DNA of 64,000 nucleotides from Octopus sinensis (GCF_006345805.1 NC_043006.1:43028001-43092000), one strand, 5' to 3'; shown: positions 1 through 12,206, numbered from the stretch's first letter. Numbers and translations: made by a program. Notes: generated by a model from the letters alone, not told the origin.

Positions 1-197
1 ACCATCCAGTACACTCTATAAAGTGGTTGGCATTAGAAATGACATCTAACTGTCAAAACCCTACCCAAACAGACAATTGGAACCTGATGCAACTCTCTAG
101 CTGGCCAGCTCTGGTCAAACTGTCCAGCCTTTGCAAGCATGGTAAATAGACATTAAATGATGATGAGGATAATGATGATGATGATGATGATGATGGT
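1..197 (+). mobile_element. SINE-like retroposon family C ((GAT)n tail), diverged 3' part
   Basis: Matches the AGTGGTTGGCATTAGGAAGGGCATCCAGCTGTAGAAAC...GGACGTTAAATGATGATG motif repeated more than 10 times in the window. Confidence 0.75.
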
Positions 198-387
198 AAG
201 TGACCAAGAAAGCAAATTTCCCATTGAATGGGATGCCAGTTACTTATTTAAAGCTGACTGGTCCGTAGCAACGTGAAAATGAAAGGCTTTACTCGAGGAG
301 CCAATACAGTGCCTGGTCCAGGATTCGAAATCGCAACCTTGTGATCATGTGTGCAACACTTTAATCACCTAGCCACACACACTTTCA
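198..387 (-). mobile_element. tRNA-derived SINE (family D-like), diverged
   Basis: Minus strand has A/B-box-like head (TGGCTAGGTG...GCGATTTCGAATCC) and resembles copies at 16865-17085 and 38750-39075. Confidence 0.55.
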
Positions 388-914
388 TGTTCATACTTCA
401 GGATTGATAAAATAATAGCAGTGCAAAGCTACAATAGTAGGGTCACTTTGGTTAATAATAACTTTCTTTTGAAAATGGTCTTACACATAATTTAGACATC
501 ATTAATATTCCTAGAATGATAGTTTGGATAAGAACCAGAGAAAAACATATTTGAAGGCAACCTTTAATTAAGTGTAATAAAATTAGTCTCCTTTAAAGAA
601 AATTTTATTAAATATATTAAGAATGGAGTAAAATTTATTGTGAAAACATAGCTATAAATATAAAATTAAGAAATAAAAATATAAACTGACCTTTTAAATT
701 ACATTCCTAAAACTTTTAACTGCTGGTAGGGACACTGTATTTTGTTATGCAACAATAAGATACTACCAAGTACGTAAAAGAGTTATAATTCATTACTGTG
801 TCCTACTTGTATTAGCAGTGCTATTCAATCACAGTTTAGAATTATCTCTATAGATTCCCTATACAGAAAATCTGCTGAGGTAACTTTAAATTGTGTTATA
901 TATATATATAGGAC

Positions 915-1283
915 AGCCTGCTGTGCTTACCTTGGACCATAGGGCGACCTGCTGTGCTTGTGGAGACCTATTAGTCAAGTACATCAACATCAAAAATCAA
1001 ATGAAAATTGTAGTTGTGATACCTGTGCCGGTGGCATGTAAAAAGCACCATCCGATCGTGGCCAACGTCAGTGCCGCCTTGACTGGCTTCCATGCTGGTG
1101 GCACGTAAAAAGCATCCACCACACTCATGGAGTGGTTGGCATTAGGAAGGGTATCCAGCTGTAGAAACACTGCCAAATCAAACTGGAGCCTGGTGCAGCC
1201 GCCTAGCTTCCCAGATCTCAGTCGAACCATCCAACCCATGCTAGCATGGAAAACGGACGTTAAATGATGATGATGATGATGAT
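915..1283 (+). mobile_element. SINE-like family C, near full length
   Basis: Two GCCGGTGGCACGTAAAAAGCACC modules, conserved body and (GAT)n tail, followed by (GATA)n. Confidence 0.8.
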
Positions 1284-1399
1284 AGATAGATAGATAGATA
1301 TAGATAGATAGATAGATAGATAGATAGTAGATAGATAGATAGATAGATAGATCGATATAATTGGAAAAGGATGCATAGTGTTCGATCATATAATAATAT

Positions 1400-1740
1400 A
1401 AATATATAATTTTATTTAATTTGCTTTGCAGGAAGGACTGTTTCAATGAAGTTGCGTATTGTCTTTGTATTCGAAATGCGGAGCAGATGAAACAGGGACA
1501 ACTGAAGAAGGGAAATATTCTTTACATTGTATGTCTCGTTTCTCTGCTTGTTTTTTTCGTTGTTTGAAAAAAAAGTTCATTTTCTATGTTTTTGTTTTTA
1601 TGTTTTCATTTCTCATTGTGTTCAACGTTTTTTTGATGTCCTATACTCACATATGCATGCATATATACATATATATAGGTATGTAGATATATGTATGTAT
1701 ATATGCATATATTTATATATTATTTATATATATATATATG
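1400..1740 (+). repeat. Diverged inverted relative of the 55808/61529 repeat family
   Basis: TTTGCTTTGCAGGAAGGA...TTCGAAA...AGATGAAAC...ACTGAAGAAGGG aligns by eye to the reverse complement of 55980-56120. Confidence 0.6.
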
Positions 1741-1743
1741 TCA

Positions 1744-2290
1744 GGTCACTTTCGAGTGCTACTGGTAACATGTAATCCAGTACAACCTGTTGCATGGTAG
1801 GGTCGTCGGCGACTAAACTGGCAACCCCACCAAGTTTGCTTGCTGAGGAGGGTGTTTATTGGACACCCTGCGGGATGAAAAACAAAGCCCGTTAAAGGGC
1901 GGAGGAACTCTTGAGAGACAACGGCCATCCAATAAATGTCTTAAGGCTGTATCATGTGCGGGGCCATAGAAATAATCGGACTGAATACCCAATCGCGCAG
2001 TTAAGCCATTGGGAGTGAAGGACTCCTAGCCTTTGTTAGGGCATCCTTCTAGGAGAAGGTAACTCAGGTAACTGGGATAACTCTGACATAAAACCTGTGG
2101 CTCAGTGGTTACCGATGATGTTGACTTGTTCTTCTTTTCGGATTATGGCTGCTGTTGCTTAATGAGTAGGATTGTCTCAGTGCACAGCCTTTCCTCACTT
2201 TAAAAAAAATCTTCTTGCACAGGCATTGCATGATAACAACATTGATTAAGCTTCGTGCAATGGCCATACTCGATAAGGAGGGGGCAGGTA
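1744..2290 (+). mobile_element. RTE-like LINE 5' UTR fragment without ORF
   Basis: GC-richer structured island containing GGGCATCCTTCTAGGAGAAGGTAACTC, which resembles the conserved RTE 5' UTR motif (recalled, not aligned). Confidence 0.5.
1765..1821 (+). ncRNA. Candidate HDV-like ribozyme fold
   Basis: Order P1-P2-P3-L3(CC)-P1'-GG-P4-CTAA-P2' is present: P2 CCAGT/ACTGG, P1.1 CC/GG, P4 TCG-TCGG-CGA. P1 is imperfect and L3 is short. Confidence 0.35.
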
Positions 2291-2554
2291 CCATATATAT
2301 ATATATATATCTAGGTAAGTTTCCAAATTAGGTTGGTAGGGATATACAATCCTAGCTGGTACCATATTAGCATTTTATTGGTTAATAATGCTGACTAACC
2401 TCCATGAGGGTAGTGGCAAATTACACTAAAATGCACACCAAGAAGCAAAATTTTGCAGTGTGCATGAAATACAGCAGAAACATATGTAGGTGCAGAAATG
2501 GAAGGACATTATTGATAGCAGAATAAAACTGGATGTATAAATCTCTATTCTCTT

Positions 2555-2619
<65 letters not shown>

Positions 2620-3269
2620 AGAGCGAGAGAGAGAGTGGAGAGAGAAAGAAAATCTGTAGACATAATCTTAAATAGTGATTAAATCGCACTGCTAACACAT
2701 GTAGGACACAGTATATAGAAAATCTGTAGCGATAACTTTAAATACTTTTTAAAACTTTAGGAAAGTTAGAAATAAATTTTACAGAAATGTTAGAGCATCA
2801 GATAGAATATCTTATTCCAGTGACTTGCACTCTGAGTTCAATTCCTGCTGAAACCAACTTTGCCTTTCATCCTTTGAGGTTAGATAAATAAAGAACCAGT
2901 ATAGGACAATGGGTAGCAGAGTTATTAGAGCATTCAACAAGATAGCATGCAGTATTCATTCCAGCACTTCTCTTTATGAGTTCAAATCCTGAAAGTTGAG
3001 TTGATTCTTTGCTTGACTTAACACCACTGCCTGTTCCTTAGATACCTTTAGCAGACTCCACTCTAGTGCATGCATTTACATCAAATCTCCAATTTGAGGG
3101 TAGCTTCCTCATTCTTTCCCATTAGTCTCAAAGATCCTGGAAAAAGCTATGGGCCCTGCCCTGCTTTATTGATAAAGCAAAAAAAAAATGAAACTATAAA
3201 TGTGCTTTTTAAAGCAAAATTCAAACTGCTTCCAGAAGGTTACAGTTTCCTAGTCGCTATTTTTTCTTG

Positions 3270-3572
3270 AGCCCTAAGAATCATTAGTCTGGTTCCCTAG
3301 TTTCCAAGACATGTAAGGAATCAAGATCACAATATTCCCCTTGAACAGGACATCTGTCCATTACAGGATTCAGTGCCACCAATTTTGAGAGAAGGGAGCA
3401 AATTGATTACATCAACCCCACTGTTTCACTAGTACTTATTTTATCAACCCCAAAAGAGTTGAAAGGCAAAGGTGACCTCAACAGGATTTGAACTCAGAAG
3501 ATAAAGCACCAGAGGAAATGTCAGTAAGCATTTTGTTCAACATGCTAATTATTCTGCCAGCTGACTGCTTTC
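3270..3572 (-). mobile_element. SINE family B head with V-domain-like segment and alternative tail
   Basis: Family-B head plus CCTGTAATGGACAGATGTCCTGTTCAAGGGG and a tail resembling that of 51395-51700. Confidence 0.6.
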
Positions 3573-4349
3573 ATCATTGGTTTGGACAGTTCTTATTCAT
3601 TCATAGCTGAAAAAGATTAACCTGACAAGTCAAACATTTATTCCAACAGCAGACATATGTAAACATGAAAAACAAGAACTCTACATGTACATATGTGAAC
3701 AAAATCTTACATAGGTACACACACACAAAGACAAATACCATCATAATCAATGGTTATAAAAAGGAAAAGAAAATCTACCTTAATTATCAGATTAGGTCAG
3801 CTTCTGACCTGTCAGTTCAGCTTTCCAAGAGCAGCTAAGAAACTTATCTTCCACCATCTCTCACTTCACTGACCAAATTTAGCTCTGACATTTTACAAAT
3901 AATTGAACAAGTCAAGCTACAAATTTCATCAGACAATCTGCTAACAAGCTACTTTTCTTTCGACTTCAAGTATCGAAACCTTCTCAATCAAATTCTCTAT
4001 AAGTATTCGAAAACTTACCAAAAAAAATATATAAATATATCAATAAATAAAAGCTTAATTTACTGTTCCTGTCTTGTCATTGATTCTTACATGTGTTTTT
4101 TCCCTCCGCTCTGGTGTTTTGTTATTCGTATTATGTTAATTTTTGTTGACCTGTACTAACAGACAGGACATCTATGCGTCAAAATCAATTGTCTGAAATC
4201 ACTATGGGCTAAGTATATGGTATCAAGTGGAAAAATCTGTAATAAAACATGAAATTTAACAGATCAAGTTTTGACAAAGGAAACTCACTGTTACAAGAAC
4301 ATGAGTTAAATAGTTCTATAAATATAAACATTTCTAAGAGTTTCTTGGT

Positions 4350-4688
4350 ACTCTTTTACTTGTTTCAGTCGTTTGACTGTGGCCATGCTGGAGCACTGCC
4401 TTTTAGTTGAGCAAACTGACCCCCAGGACTTATTCTTGTAAGCCTAGTACTTATTCTATCGGTCTCTCTTGCTGAACTGCTAACAGCCTGAGAAAGTGGA
4501 CATGAAATGAAGATGATAACAACGATTATGATGAGGATGACAACGACGAAGATGATGATATATGTACTTATTCTATCGATCTCTTTCACCGAACTGCTAA
4601 GTTACAGGGATGTAAACACGCCAACATCGGTTGTCAAGTGATGTTGGGTGGGACAAACACAGACACACAAACATATACGCACACATTG
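4350..4688 (-). mobile_element. SINE family A 3' half, interrupted by a (GAT)-rich insert with ~35 bp duplication
   Basis: Family-A tail (TCTTTTACTTGTTTCAGTC...); TACTTATTCTATCG...GAACTGCTAA occurs on both sides of 4485-4563. Confidence 0.75.
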
Positions 4689-4850
4689 AACTAATGAGGG
4701 ATCCTCCACGTGGATATTCAGCTTGCTAGATATAGCAGCCAATACTTTCTTAACCTTTGCTATTGAGGAACCCAAAAACAAATTTGAATTAATGAGGGAT
4801 CATCCACGTGGATATTCAGCTTGCTAGATATAGCAACCAATACTCTCTTA
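4689..4850. repeat. Tandem duplication of a ~60 bp SINE-derived segment
   Basis: GAA(C/T)TAATGAGGGATC(C/A)TCCACGTGGATATTCAGCTTGCTAGATATAGCA(G/A)CCAATACT occurs twice. Confidence 0.8.
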
Positions 4851-5129
4851 AACTACACTCTGCTGTCTTAAAATGAGAATGATACATCAAATATTGTAGT
4901 CACGGGTACACTTTGACAGAGTAAAAGATGTGATGGCCATAACTAGAAAGCCTTTCAGAGCTGACTTAGAGTTAAAGAACAAGAAAAATACATTGTGTGC
5001 CTGTGTCAAAATTTGAAACCGTTTCAGCTGGTTTTAAAATCTAATATTTTGATCAATTAGTTTATTAGTTGGCTTCTACTTTTTAAATTTTCTGTAAAAT
5101 ATTTACATTTATGAAATTTGTTGTCAATA

Positions 5130-5390
5130 GCGTTAGTGATGGTTGTAGCTGGTGGTGGTGGTGGTGGTGGTGGTGGTTGGTAGTGGATGACAGTGATATG
5201 GTAATAGTGGAGGTGGTGATGGTGATGATGGTAATGGTAGTGGTGATGGTGATAGAGGTGGTGATGGTGGTAAAGCTGATGGTAATGGGTGGCAGTGGTG
5301 GTGATGGTGGTGGTGGTGGTGGTGATGGTGGTGGTGGTGGTGGTGGTGGTGTTGACGGTGGTAGTGGTGATGGTGGCTGTGGATGTTGGA
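5130..5390. repeat. Compound (GGT)n/(GAT)n microsatellite
   Basis: Direct reading; explains ORFs 5083, 5111 and 5133. Confidence 0.95.
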
Positions 5391-5649
5391 TGGTAGAAAC
5401 AATATTTCCAAATTTCTTTAGCTTGTCTTTAGCTTGGAGGCTGTCACAAGATTTTCCACTTAACTCATCAATATTTAAATTTTCAAAAGCAATCTCTTTT
5501 ATCAAAATTATTTATCAGGTTATCACTAAATTAATTCAGTTAGGATACAGGCTTCAAAAGAATTTTGAAAAATCATTGGTTTGAAATAAACAAATTTCAT
5601 GTTTTTCCTTTTCTTTTCTTCTTTTCTTTTTCTGTCGACTCATTACAAT

Positions 5650-5780
5650 TAAGAAAAACATGGCAAAATTTTTGAAAACTATTTCCAACATTTCAAACTG
5701 CTGCACTGATTCTAGGAGTGAAAAGCTGAGGACCATTATGGCTGGTTGTGATGGGCCATGTTTGTCTGCAGACATCAGTT
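5650..5780 (+). pseudogene. Possible hAT transposase C-terminal remnant
   Basis: NMAKFL...CTDSRSEKLRTIMAGCDGP loosely resembles the hAT dimerisation tail (K-T-D-x-R...L-M...E-G-P). Confidence 0.25.
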
Positions 5781-5974
5781 GAAATAATGGAGTTTGTGAT
5801 TACAAATAAAATAAATAGAAGAAAACAAACGATACATAGATTACTTAATTTTGTTGTTTTACACGCAATTTAGTTTCCAATATGTTTGAACTTCAGCATT
5901 TTATTGCAGCAAATACTTTTGTAGCTGGTTATTTTATTTTTCATGATTCAAATATACAATAGAAGTGGTCCTTA

Positions 5975-6470
5975 TTCTTTTCTACTCTAGGCACAAGGCC
6001 TGAAATTTTGGGGGAATTTGAACTCAGAACGTAAAGACTGACATAATATCGCTAAGCATTTCTGCCAGCACGCCACCTTATTAACTTGAATATTCTTTTC
6101 TGCTCCAGGCACAAGGCCCAAAACTTTTGGGGAGAGGGGCCAATTGATTAGATCAACCCCCGTATCCAACTTGTACTTAATTTATCGACCCTGAAAGGAT
6201 GAAAGGCAAAGTCAACCTCAGCAGAATTTGAACTCAGCATGCTAACATTTCTTATTTCTTTATTACCCACAAGGGGCTAAACATAGAGGGGACAAACAAG
6301 GACAGACAAAGGGATTAAGTCGATAACATCGACCCCAGTGTGTAACTGGTACTTAATTTATCGACCCCGAAAGGATGAAAGGCAAAGTCGACCTCAGCAG
6401 AATTTGAACTCAAAACGTAACGGCAGACGAAATACCACTAAGCATTTCACCTAGCGTGCTAACATTTCTC
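5975..6470 (-). mobile_element. Compound of 2-3 family B SINE segments
   Basis: Repeated ATCGACCC(C/T)GAAAGGATGAAAGGCAAAGTC(G/A)ACCTC and AATTTGAACTCAG motifs. Confidence 0.8.
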
Positions 6471-6624
6471 CGCTGTTCTAACCACTAGGCCACGTACCTC
6501 CACTTACTGTAGGTACATAGTTTCTTAATATGAGAAGAATGTTCTTTTCATTTCCCTATCTCTTTTTTAGAATAAGAATTCTATGATTCTATCTTCTTTT
6601 TAACTAATTTTTTCTATATTCTTT

Positions 6625-7003
6625 TATTCTTTTATTTGTTTCAGTCATTTGACAGTGGCCATGCTGGAGCACTGCCTTTAGTTGAGCAAATCGACCCCAG
6701 GACTTATTCTTTGTAAGCCTAATACTTATTCTATCGGTCTCTCTTGCCGAACCACTAAGTTGTGGGGACGTAAACACACCAGCATCCACACCAGCATCGG
6801 TTGTCAAGCGATGTTGGGGGACAGACTCACAAACATACACACACACACACACACACATTTATACGACAGGCTTCTTTCAGTTTCCATCTACCAAATCCAC
6901 TCATAAGTCTTTGGTCAGCCCAAGGTGCCACGCAGTGGGACTGAACCCGGAACCATGTGGTTGGTAAGCAAGCTACTTACCACACAGCCACTCCTGCACC
7001 TAT
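6625..7003 (-). mobile_element. tRNA-derived SINE family A, near full length
   Basis: Head GGAGTGGCTGTGTGG...GGTTCAGTCCC (A/B boxes), central microsatellite, tail GACTGAAACAAATAAAAGA. Confidence 0.85.
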
Positions 7004-7059
7004 AATAAAATAATTATTCTTACTTTCAGATATCTATTATATGGCTGGAAATTTGACCA

Positions 7060-7325
7060 ACAATGAATGAAAGTGTATAATCAAGCAGTCCTGGCAAACA
7101 GGAAATGCAGAAGTGGTTAGACAAAAATGGACTAAAGAATTTCAAAGACCATCTCCATCAAGATTAAACCTTTACAGAATACATGACAAATTTGAGCAGA
7201 CTGGGTCCATCTGCAATGCACAGAGAAGTGATTGATCAATCAGTGTTACCACTGAAGTAAACAAAATGCATGTTATTCAAGAATTCACTCAAAGTCCTCA
7301 GAAATCAAAACAAGAGGGTTTCCAA
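7060..7325 (+). pseudogene. Tc1/mariner-superfamily transposase N-terminal (HTH) remnant
   Basis: Frame reads EVVRQKWTKEFQRPSPSRLNLYRIHDKFEQTGSICN...VTTEVNKMHVIQEFTQSPQKS, typical of DUF4817-type transposases. Confidence 0.7.
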
Positions 7326-8450
7326 TGAGCGAGGCGTCTCCTGCAGATCCAGTCGCTGACTTAGGAATCACTTAGGTTTTAAAAAATAAAATAGAAGAAT
7401 GTAGAGAATATTCCACTCAGAGTAAGTAACTGTACACCTACTTTTGCTCATACCTGTATACTTAACGAAGATGAGATTAAACAAGGAAAAAGTCAGGTGC
7501 CAATATTCTATTAATATATTGGTTTCAGCAATTTCAGGAGAGGGGTTAACTCGATTACATTGACACCAGTGCTTGACAGGAAATAATTTTATCGACCTCA
7601 AAAGATAAAGTCAACCTTGGCAGCATTTGAACTCAGATGAAATACCACTAAACATTTTGCCCAGCATGCTAATGAGTCAGCCAGCTCACTGCCTTAGTCT
7701 ATTAATATATTGCCAAGTTGCTTATGATGGCCTAAGAGACAAATCATCAAATGAGTGATGTCTATTTAAAAAGTGGCAGAAAGTGCCAAAAAATAGTAAC
7801 TGTGGCTGTAAATGGTCCAAGTTAACCGGGCTCAAGTAACATGATTATTTCTACTAAAATGGAAGAAAAAAGGTAAAAAAAAATGTACATTTAAAGTTAT
7901 TTTAGTATTTATATACCGCAGACATACATATCTATATTATATACATTTGGAAAGTAGGTAGCACTGGAATTCTGAGCTGAACTATCTTTTCATTATTGTT
8001 TTGCATTATATTTAAAGTTACTTAGAAAAATTTGAAAAAAAACAGATGGAAAATGGAATAACATTTTTGGCAAGCTTGCTAGGATTTAGTTTTTTAACAA
8101 TGATAGATTTTCTCTATTTATATTTTACACATATTTTACACTTTTTGGCTTTGAAATCTTAAAAATAATTTTGAAAATTTCAGAGAAAAAATATTCCTAT
8201 AAATTTTTTGGTTTATGTTCATTTATACAAAGACATTATTTAATCTTGTTGGTCTATACATACCAATTAGACATTATATAACCTTATATTTGTTTATATA
8301 TACCTAGGAAGAGACATTATATAAACTTATAGCTTTATATGCACCAAGTTAGATATATTCTATAACTTCTTTGGGGTTTTTTTTACATTCAAAAATATTT
8401 TCTAACTCCATTTAGTGACAAAAAGGGTTACAGAGGTAAACTGATCTCTT

Positions 8451-8804
8451 AAAAAATTACTATTTGCAAATCCCACAACAAGAGATATTAAGCAACAGTA
8501 CTTTGGGGTAAAGATTGTTTGCCAACATAACATGGCAGTCCTGGTTTATGACGAATGTTGCTGCAATTTAGCCCCAGGAGACATCATATCCAGCTGGCTA
8601 CATGACACAATCTGTGTTCTTATATTTTCGAACAAGGGAATCTAGCACCCTCACTCAGCTCAAAACAATATCTGTGTATCACAATTTCCAGGAAATCACG
8701 ACACAGATAGCCAGCTGGAGACGATGTCTCCTGGGGCTAAGTTACAGCAACATTCGTCCTAAACCAGGACTGCCATGTTATGTTGGCAAACAAATCTTTA
8801 CTCC
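8451..8804 (-). mobile_element. Fold-back element with one-sided tail, copy 1
   Basis: ~100 bp inverted arms (8506-8600/8708-8804), ~50 bp tail outside one arm, flanking direct repeats AACTGATCTCTT/AACTAACCTCTT. Confidence 0.75.
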
Positions 8805-9174
8805 AACTAACCTCTTGTAACTACAGATTTGTCTTTTGACAAACATTTTACAAGGCAATTTGTATTATATCTTATCTGTGTAAGACACTGAGCTCGCAGA
8901 ATCATTAGTTATGCTGGACAAAATGTTTAGTGACATTGTCATCCATCTTCATGTTTTAAGTTCAAACTCTGCCAGTGTGAACTTTGCCTTTCATCTTTTC
9001 AGGGTTAATAAAACAAGCACCAGTAGAAGTGCTGGGGCTTGTAATTATCTTACCCTCTTCCCTAAAACTGCTGAGCTTGTACTAAAATTTGAAATCGTTA
9101 CATTTGATCTGTGTGAGCTCATTTGATTTATGTCTACATTTAGGGACAATGTTTAATCTGGGTGACTACATTTG

Positions 9175-9415
9175 ATTTTGAGTATTGCTGGCTTTATAAG
9201 AGCAGCTGGTTTTATAAGCACGGCTGGTATCTATAACAAGTGCAGTTGGTTCTATAAAAATTTCAATGGACTTCTGCAAAATCTGCCACTGGGTTCTACC
9301 AAAATTGCACCCAGTTTTTACAAAACAACATGTGATTTTTACAAAAGTTGCACCTGGCTTTCATAAAATTTCCACCTGATTTCTGCAAAAAGTGTGGGAA
9401 GCTTCTGCAAAAATA
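9175..9415. repeat. Degenerate ~21 bp minisatellite (~11 units)
   Basis: Recurring [GCT/CCT]GG(C/T)TT(T/C)TA(T/C)AAAA..GCA units. Confidence 0.6.
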
Positions 9416-9618
9416 GATAAATTTGTAAGCTATTTCATATCTCCAAACCCTATGAGTCTGATAATTTGTTCATACTCTGACACCATGAGTTTGAAAAGCT
9501 AGAAGTAAAATGCACTACAAAAAGAAGCAAGATATGTGACATCCTGACATTTAAGTTTGATGCATTTGCTCTGTCATGTGACTCAACTTGAAGTTCACAC
9601 GAGATGTGCACTATTTAA

Positions 9619-9967
9619 CCCTTTAATATTCAAACAGGACCTATCAGCATTATTTACATTATTTACATTTGACAGATATTTGTCCTCATCTTGTTTGTTG
9701 TTAACACAACAAATATCCGTCAAATGTAAATAATGTACATAATTCCTCATCTCTTAAATATAGAACTGCAGGACCTATCAGGCCCAAATATTCTACCTGT
9801 TCTTTGTTCAAAGCAGCCAGATCAGGGCTCTCACACCATGCAATGCCATGCTAAAAATAAACAATCAATTATCAAAATTTCAAAGCTGTAAGATAAAGTT
9901 GGATAAATTCATAGCAATGTGAATAAATAAGCATTGCATTTGACAAAGGAATCTGAATGCTAAATAG
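9619..9967. mobile_element. piggyBac-type MITE with nested insertion
   Basis: TTAA|CCCTTTA...CTAAATAG|TTAA ends; related to 10102-10320. Confidence 0.7.
9648..9768 (+). mobile_element. 121 bp fold-back + tail insertion with 13 bp TSD
   Basis: CAGGACCTATCAG duplicated at 9635-9647 and 9769-9781; 29 bp stem 9655-9683/9709-9737 with one mismatch; 31 nt tail. Confidence 0.85.
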
Positions 9968-10101
9968 TTAACAAGGGTTGCAGTTCAACATGAGAGCTGA
10001 ACTAAGTAGTTGAATAGGACCTCTGGAGGAAAAGGGACTTTGTATGACTACAGGATAAATTAAATGAGCACTGTGCAAAGAGGCCACAGTAAAGGGATTA
10101 A

Positions 10102-10320
10102 CCATTTAGCATTTAAACTGGCTACAGCTGACCAAAATTTTCCATTTGTTTTATAATCAAACTGACCAGATCCAGATTCTCACACTTACCCTACAATGTT
10201 ATCATACATTAAACAATCACATCATCAAAATCCCAAGGATAAGAGATAATGCATGGTTAATTTAAAACAGTGTGAATGAATAAGCATTACGTTTGATAGA
10301 ATAACCTAAAGACTAAAGAG
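10102..10320. mobile_element. piggyBac-type MITE
   Basis: TTAA|CCATTTAGC...CTAAAGAG|TTAA. Confidence 0.7.
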
Positions 10321-10624
10321 TTAAACAAATACACTCTGGATTTGTTATAGGAAACTGTGTCAAAGCCTATCGGATGGTGCTTTCCTAGTTTTAGTGTGTC
10401 GACTTACTCATTCTCCTAGTTTAATTTTATTGAATGGTTTCAATTGAGGTCATTGTGTTGCAAGCATTCAGGCCAAAATTCTGGTCCAGGAACAACTTAT
10501 ATCCCCTGACAAATCTAAGAGGCCTTAAACAGGACCAAATGCATTGTTTGTCTTTCTATAGATAAGTAAAATGGTTCTCTAAGTAGCACTTCTGTAGGTA
10601 AGCCCACTATCTTTCTATCCTTTT

Positions 10625-10980
10625 TGCTTCAATTTCTACCCTGCATATACCCCAGTAAAACCTCTTCAGAGTCAACAATAAGTGTCTTCTGCTATAACCC
10701 CACATTATCCAATGCCTCGTGAGTAAATTTGGTTGATGGAAACTGTGTGGAAGCCTGTCATATGTATATATGAGTGCATACATCTGTGCATGTGTATGTG
10801 TGTTTGTGTGAGTGTGTGCATGTGTACCTCTGTGTCTACATTTGTCCTCCATCTGACCACCTGGTGCTGGTTTGTTTACATCCCTCTAACTAAGAAGCTT
10901 GGCAAAACAGGCCAATAAAATAAGTGCCGGTGCCCTAGTATGGCCGCAGCCCAATGACTGAAACAAATAAAAGATAAAAG
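10625..10980 (+). mobile_element. SINE family A variant
   Basis: GTGTCTTCTGCTATA...GATGGAAACTG...(TG)n...GACTGAAACAAATAAAAGA. Confidence 0.7.
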
Positions 10981-11197
10981 ATGAGGATGAACATCTCATC
11001 TTTGTATAAGGTATCAAAGTGTTGGGGTCCCATTATTCTGAACACATATGTCTCCTTCGATTTTTAATGACGGTTGCATGTGATTTGATGGAGATCCGCT
11101 CTTTCTAATAGATCAATTAAATACATAAAGATTCCATCATTGGATTCTTATTATTCTTGACATCTGAAGAGTCTTTGACTGTCTGGCATGCAATGTG

Positions 11198-11860
11198 AAT
11201 CTCTCTTTCTCTCTCTCTCACTCTCTCTTCCTTTTTCTCTACTCACTCCCTCTCTCTTATCCTCCCTCTCACTCTGTTTCCCTCTCTCTCTTACTCCCTC
11301 TCCCTCTCTCTACCTCCCTCTCTTCCTCTCTCTTTCCATCATACATATGCTCACACACATGCACACACACACAAACACACACTCTCAAACACACAATCTC
11401 TCACTCTCTTTCTCTCCCTCTTTCTCTTACTCTCTTGCCCCTCTCTCTCTTTTCCTTCCTCTCCCTCTCTCTCCCTCTCTCATCCTCTTTCTCTCCATCT
11501 TTCTTTTACTCTCTCTATCTCTCTTTTCCTCCCTCTTATTCTCTCTCTCCCTCTCTCATCTCTTTCTCTTTCTCTCCCTCTTTCTCTTACTCTCTCTCCC
11601 CTCTCCCTCTTTTCTTCCCTCTTAGTCTCTCTCTCATCTCTTTCTCTCCCTCTTTCTCTTACTCTCTCTCCTCTCTCCCTCTTTTCCTCCCTCTTACTCT
11701 CTCTCCCTCTATTTCTCTCTACCTCTCTCTACCTCCTTCTTTTCTTCTCTCTTTCCTTCATACTTACGCTTAGACACATGCCCACGCACACACACACACA
11801 CACTCTCCCTCTCTTTCTCTCTCTCTCTCTCCATCTCACTCTTTCTCTCTCACACTCCAT
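11198..11860. repeat. Long degenerate (CT)-rich polypyrimidine tract with internal repeats
   Basis: Direct reading; TCTCTCCCTCTTTCTCTTACTCTCT recurs at ~11411, ~11572 and ~11644. Confidence 0.95.
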
Positions 11861-12059
11861 TTCCTATTATATTATCATTACAGCTCTCATACCATTCCTT
11901 CTCTAATCCCCTGATGTAACCTTTTTATTTATTCCACACTTGCTCCTATAAAGATGACGCCTCCTTTCCTTCTTCCCAAAAGTTCTGCATTCAAATTCCA
12001 ACCACATGCAGCCTAGCCACTCCCTCTGCCATATACTTACTGCTTCTGTAAACAGAAAC

Positions 12060-12173
12060 GTCTTAGAAACAAACTTTAACAGAAATTTTGCCAGATCAGA
12101 TTGGAGCCTGGTGCAGCCCATTGGCTCGCCAGACCTCGGTCAAACTACCCAGCACGGAAAGCGGATGTTAAAC

Positions 12174-12206
<33 letters not shown>

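Noticed and set aside
3645-3715. B-box-like peptide ICKHEKQELYMYICEQ
   Set aside because: Cys/His spacing is wrong, a stop follows, and the sequence is a short direct repeat.
5377-5505. Coding-looking minus frame ENLNIDELSGKSCDSLQAKDKLKKFG
   Set aside because: There is no usable splice acceptor, a stop lies just upstream, and it runs into a microsatellite.
8600-8710. Hammerhead in the spacer of the fold-back element (CTGAGTGA...CGAAAATAT on the minus strand)
   Set aside because: There is no consistent stem I, and stem II does not abut GAAA.
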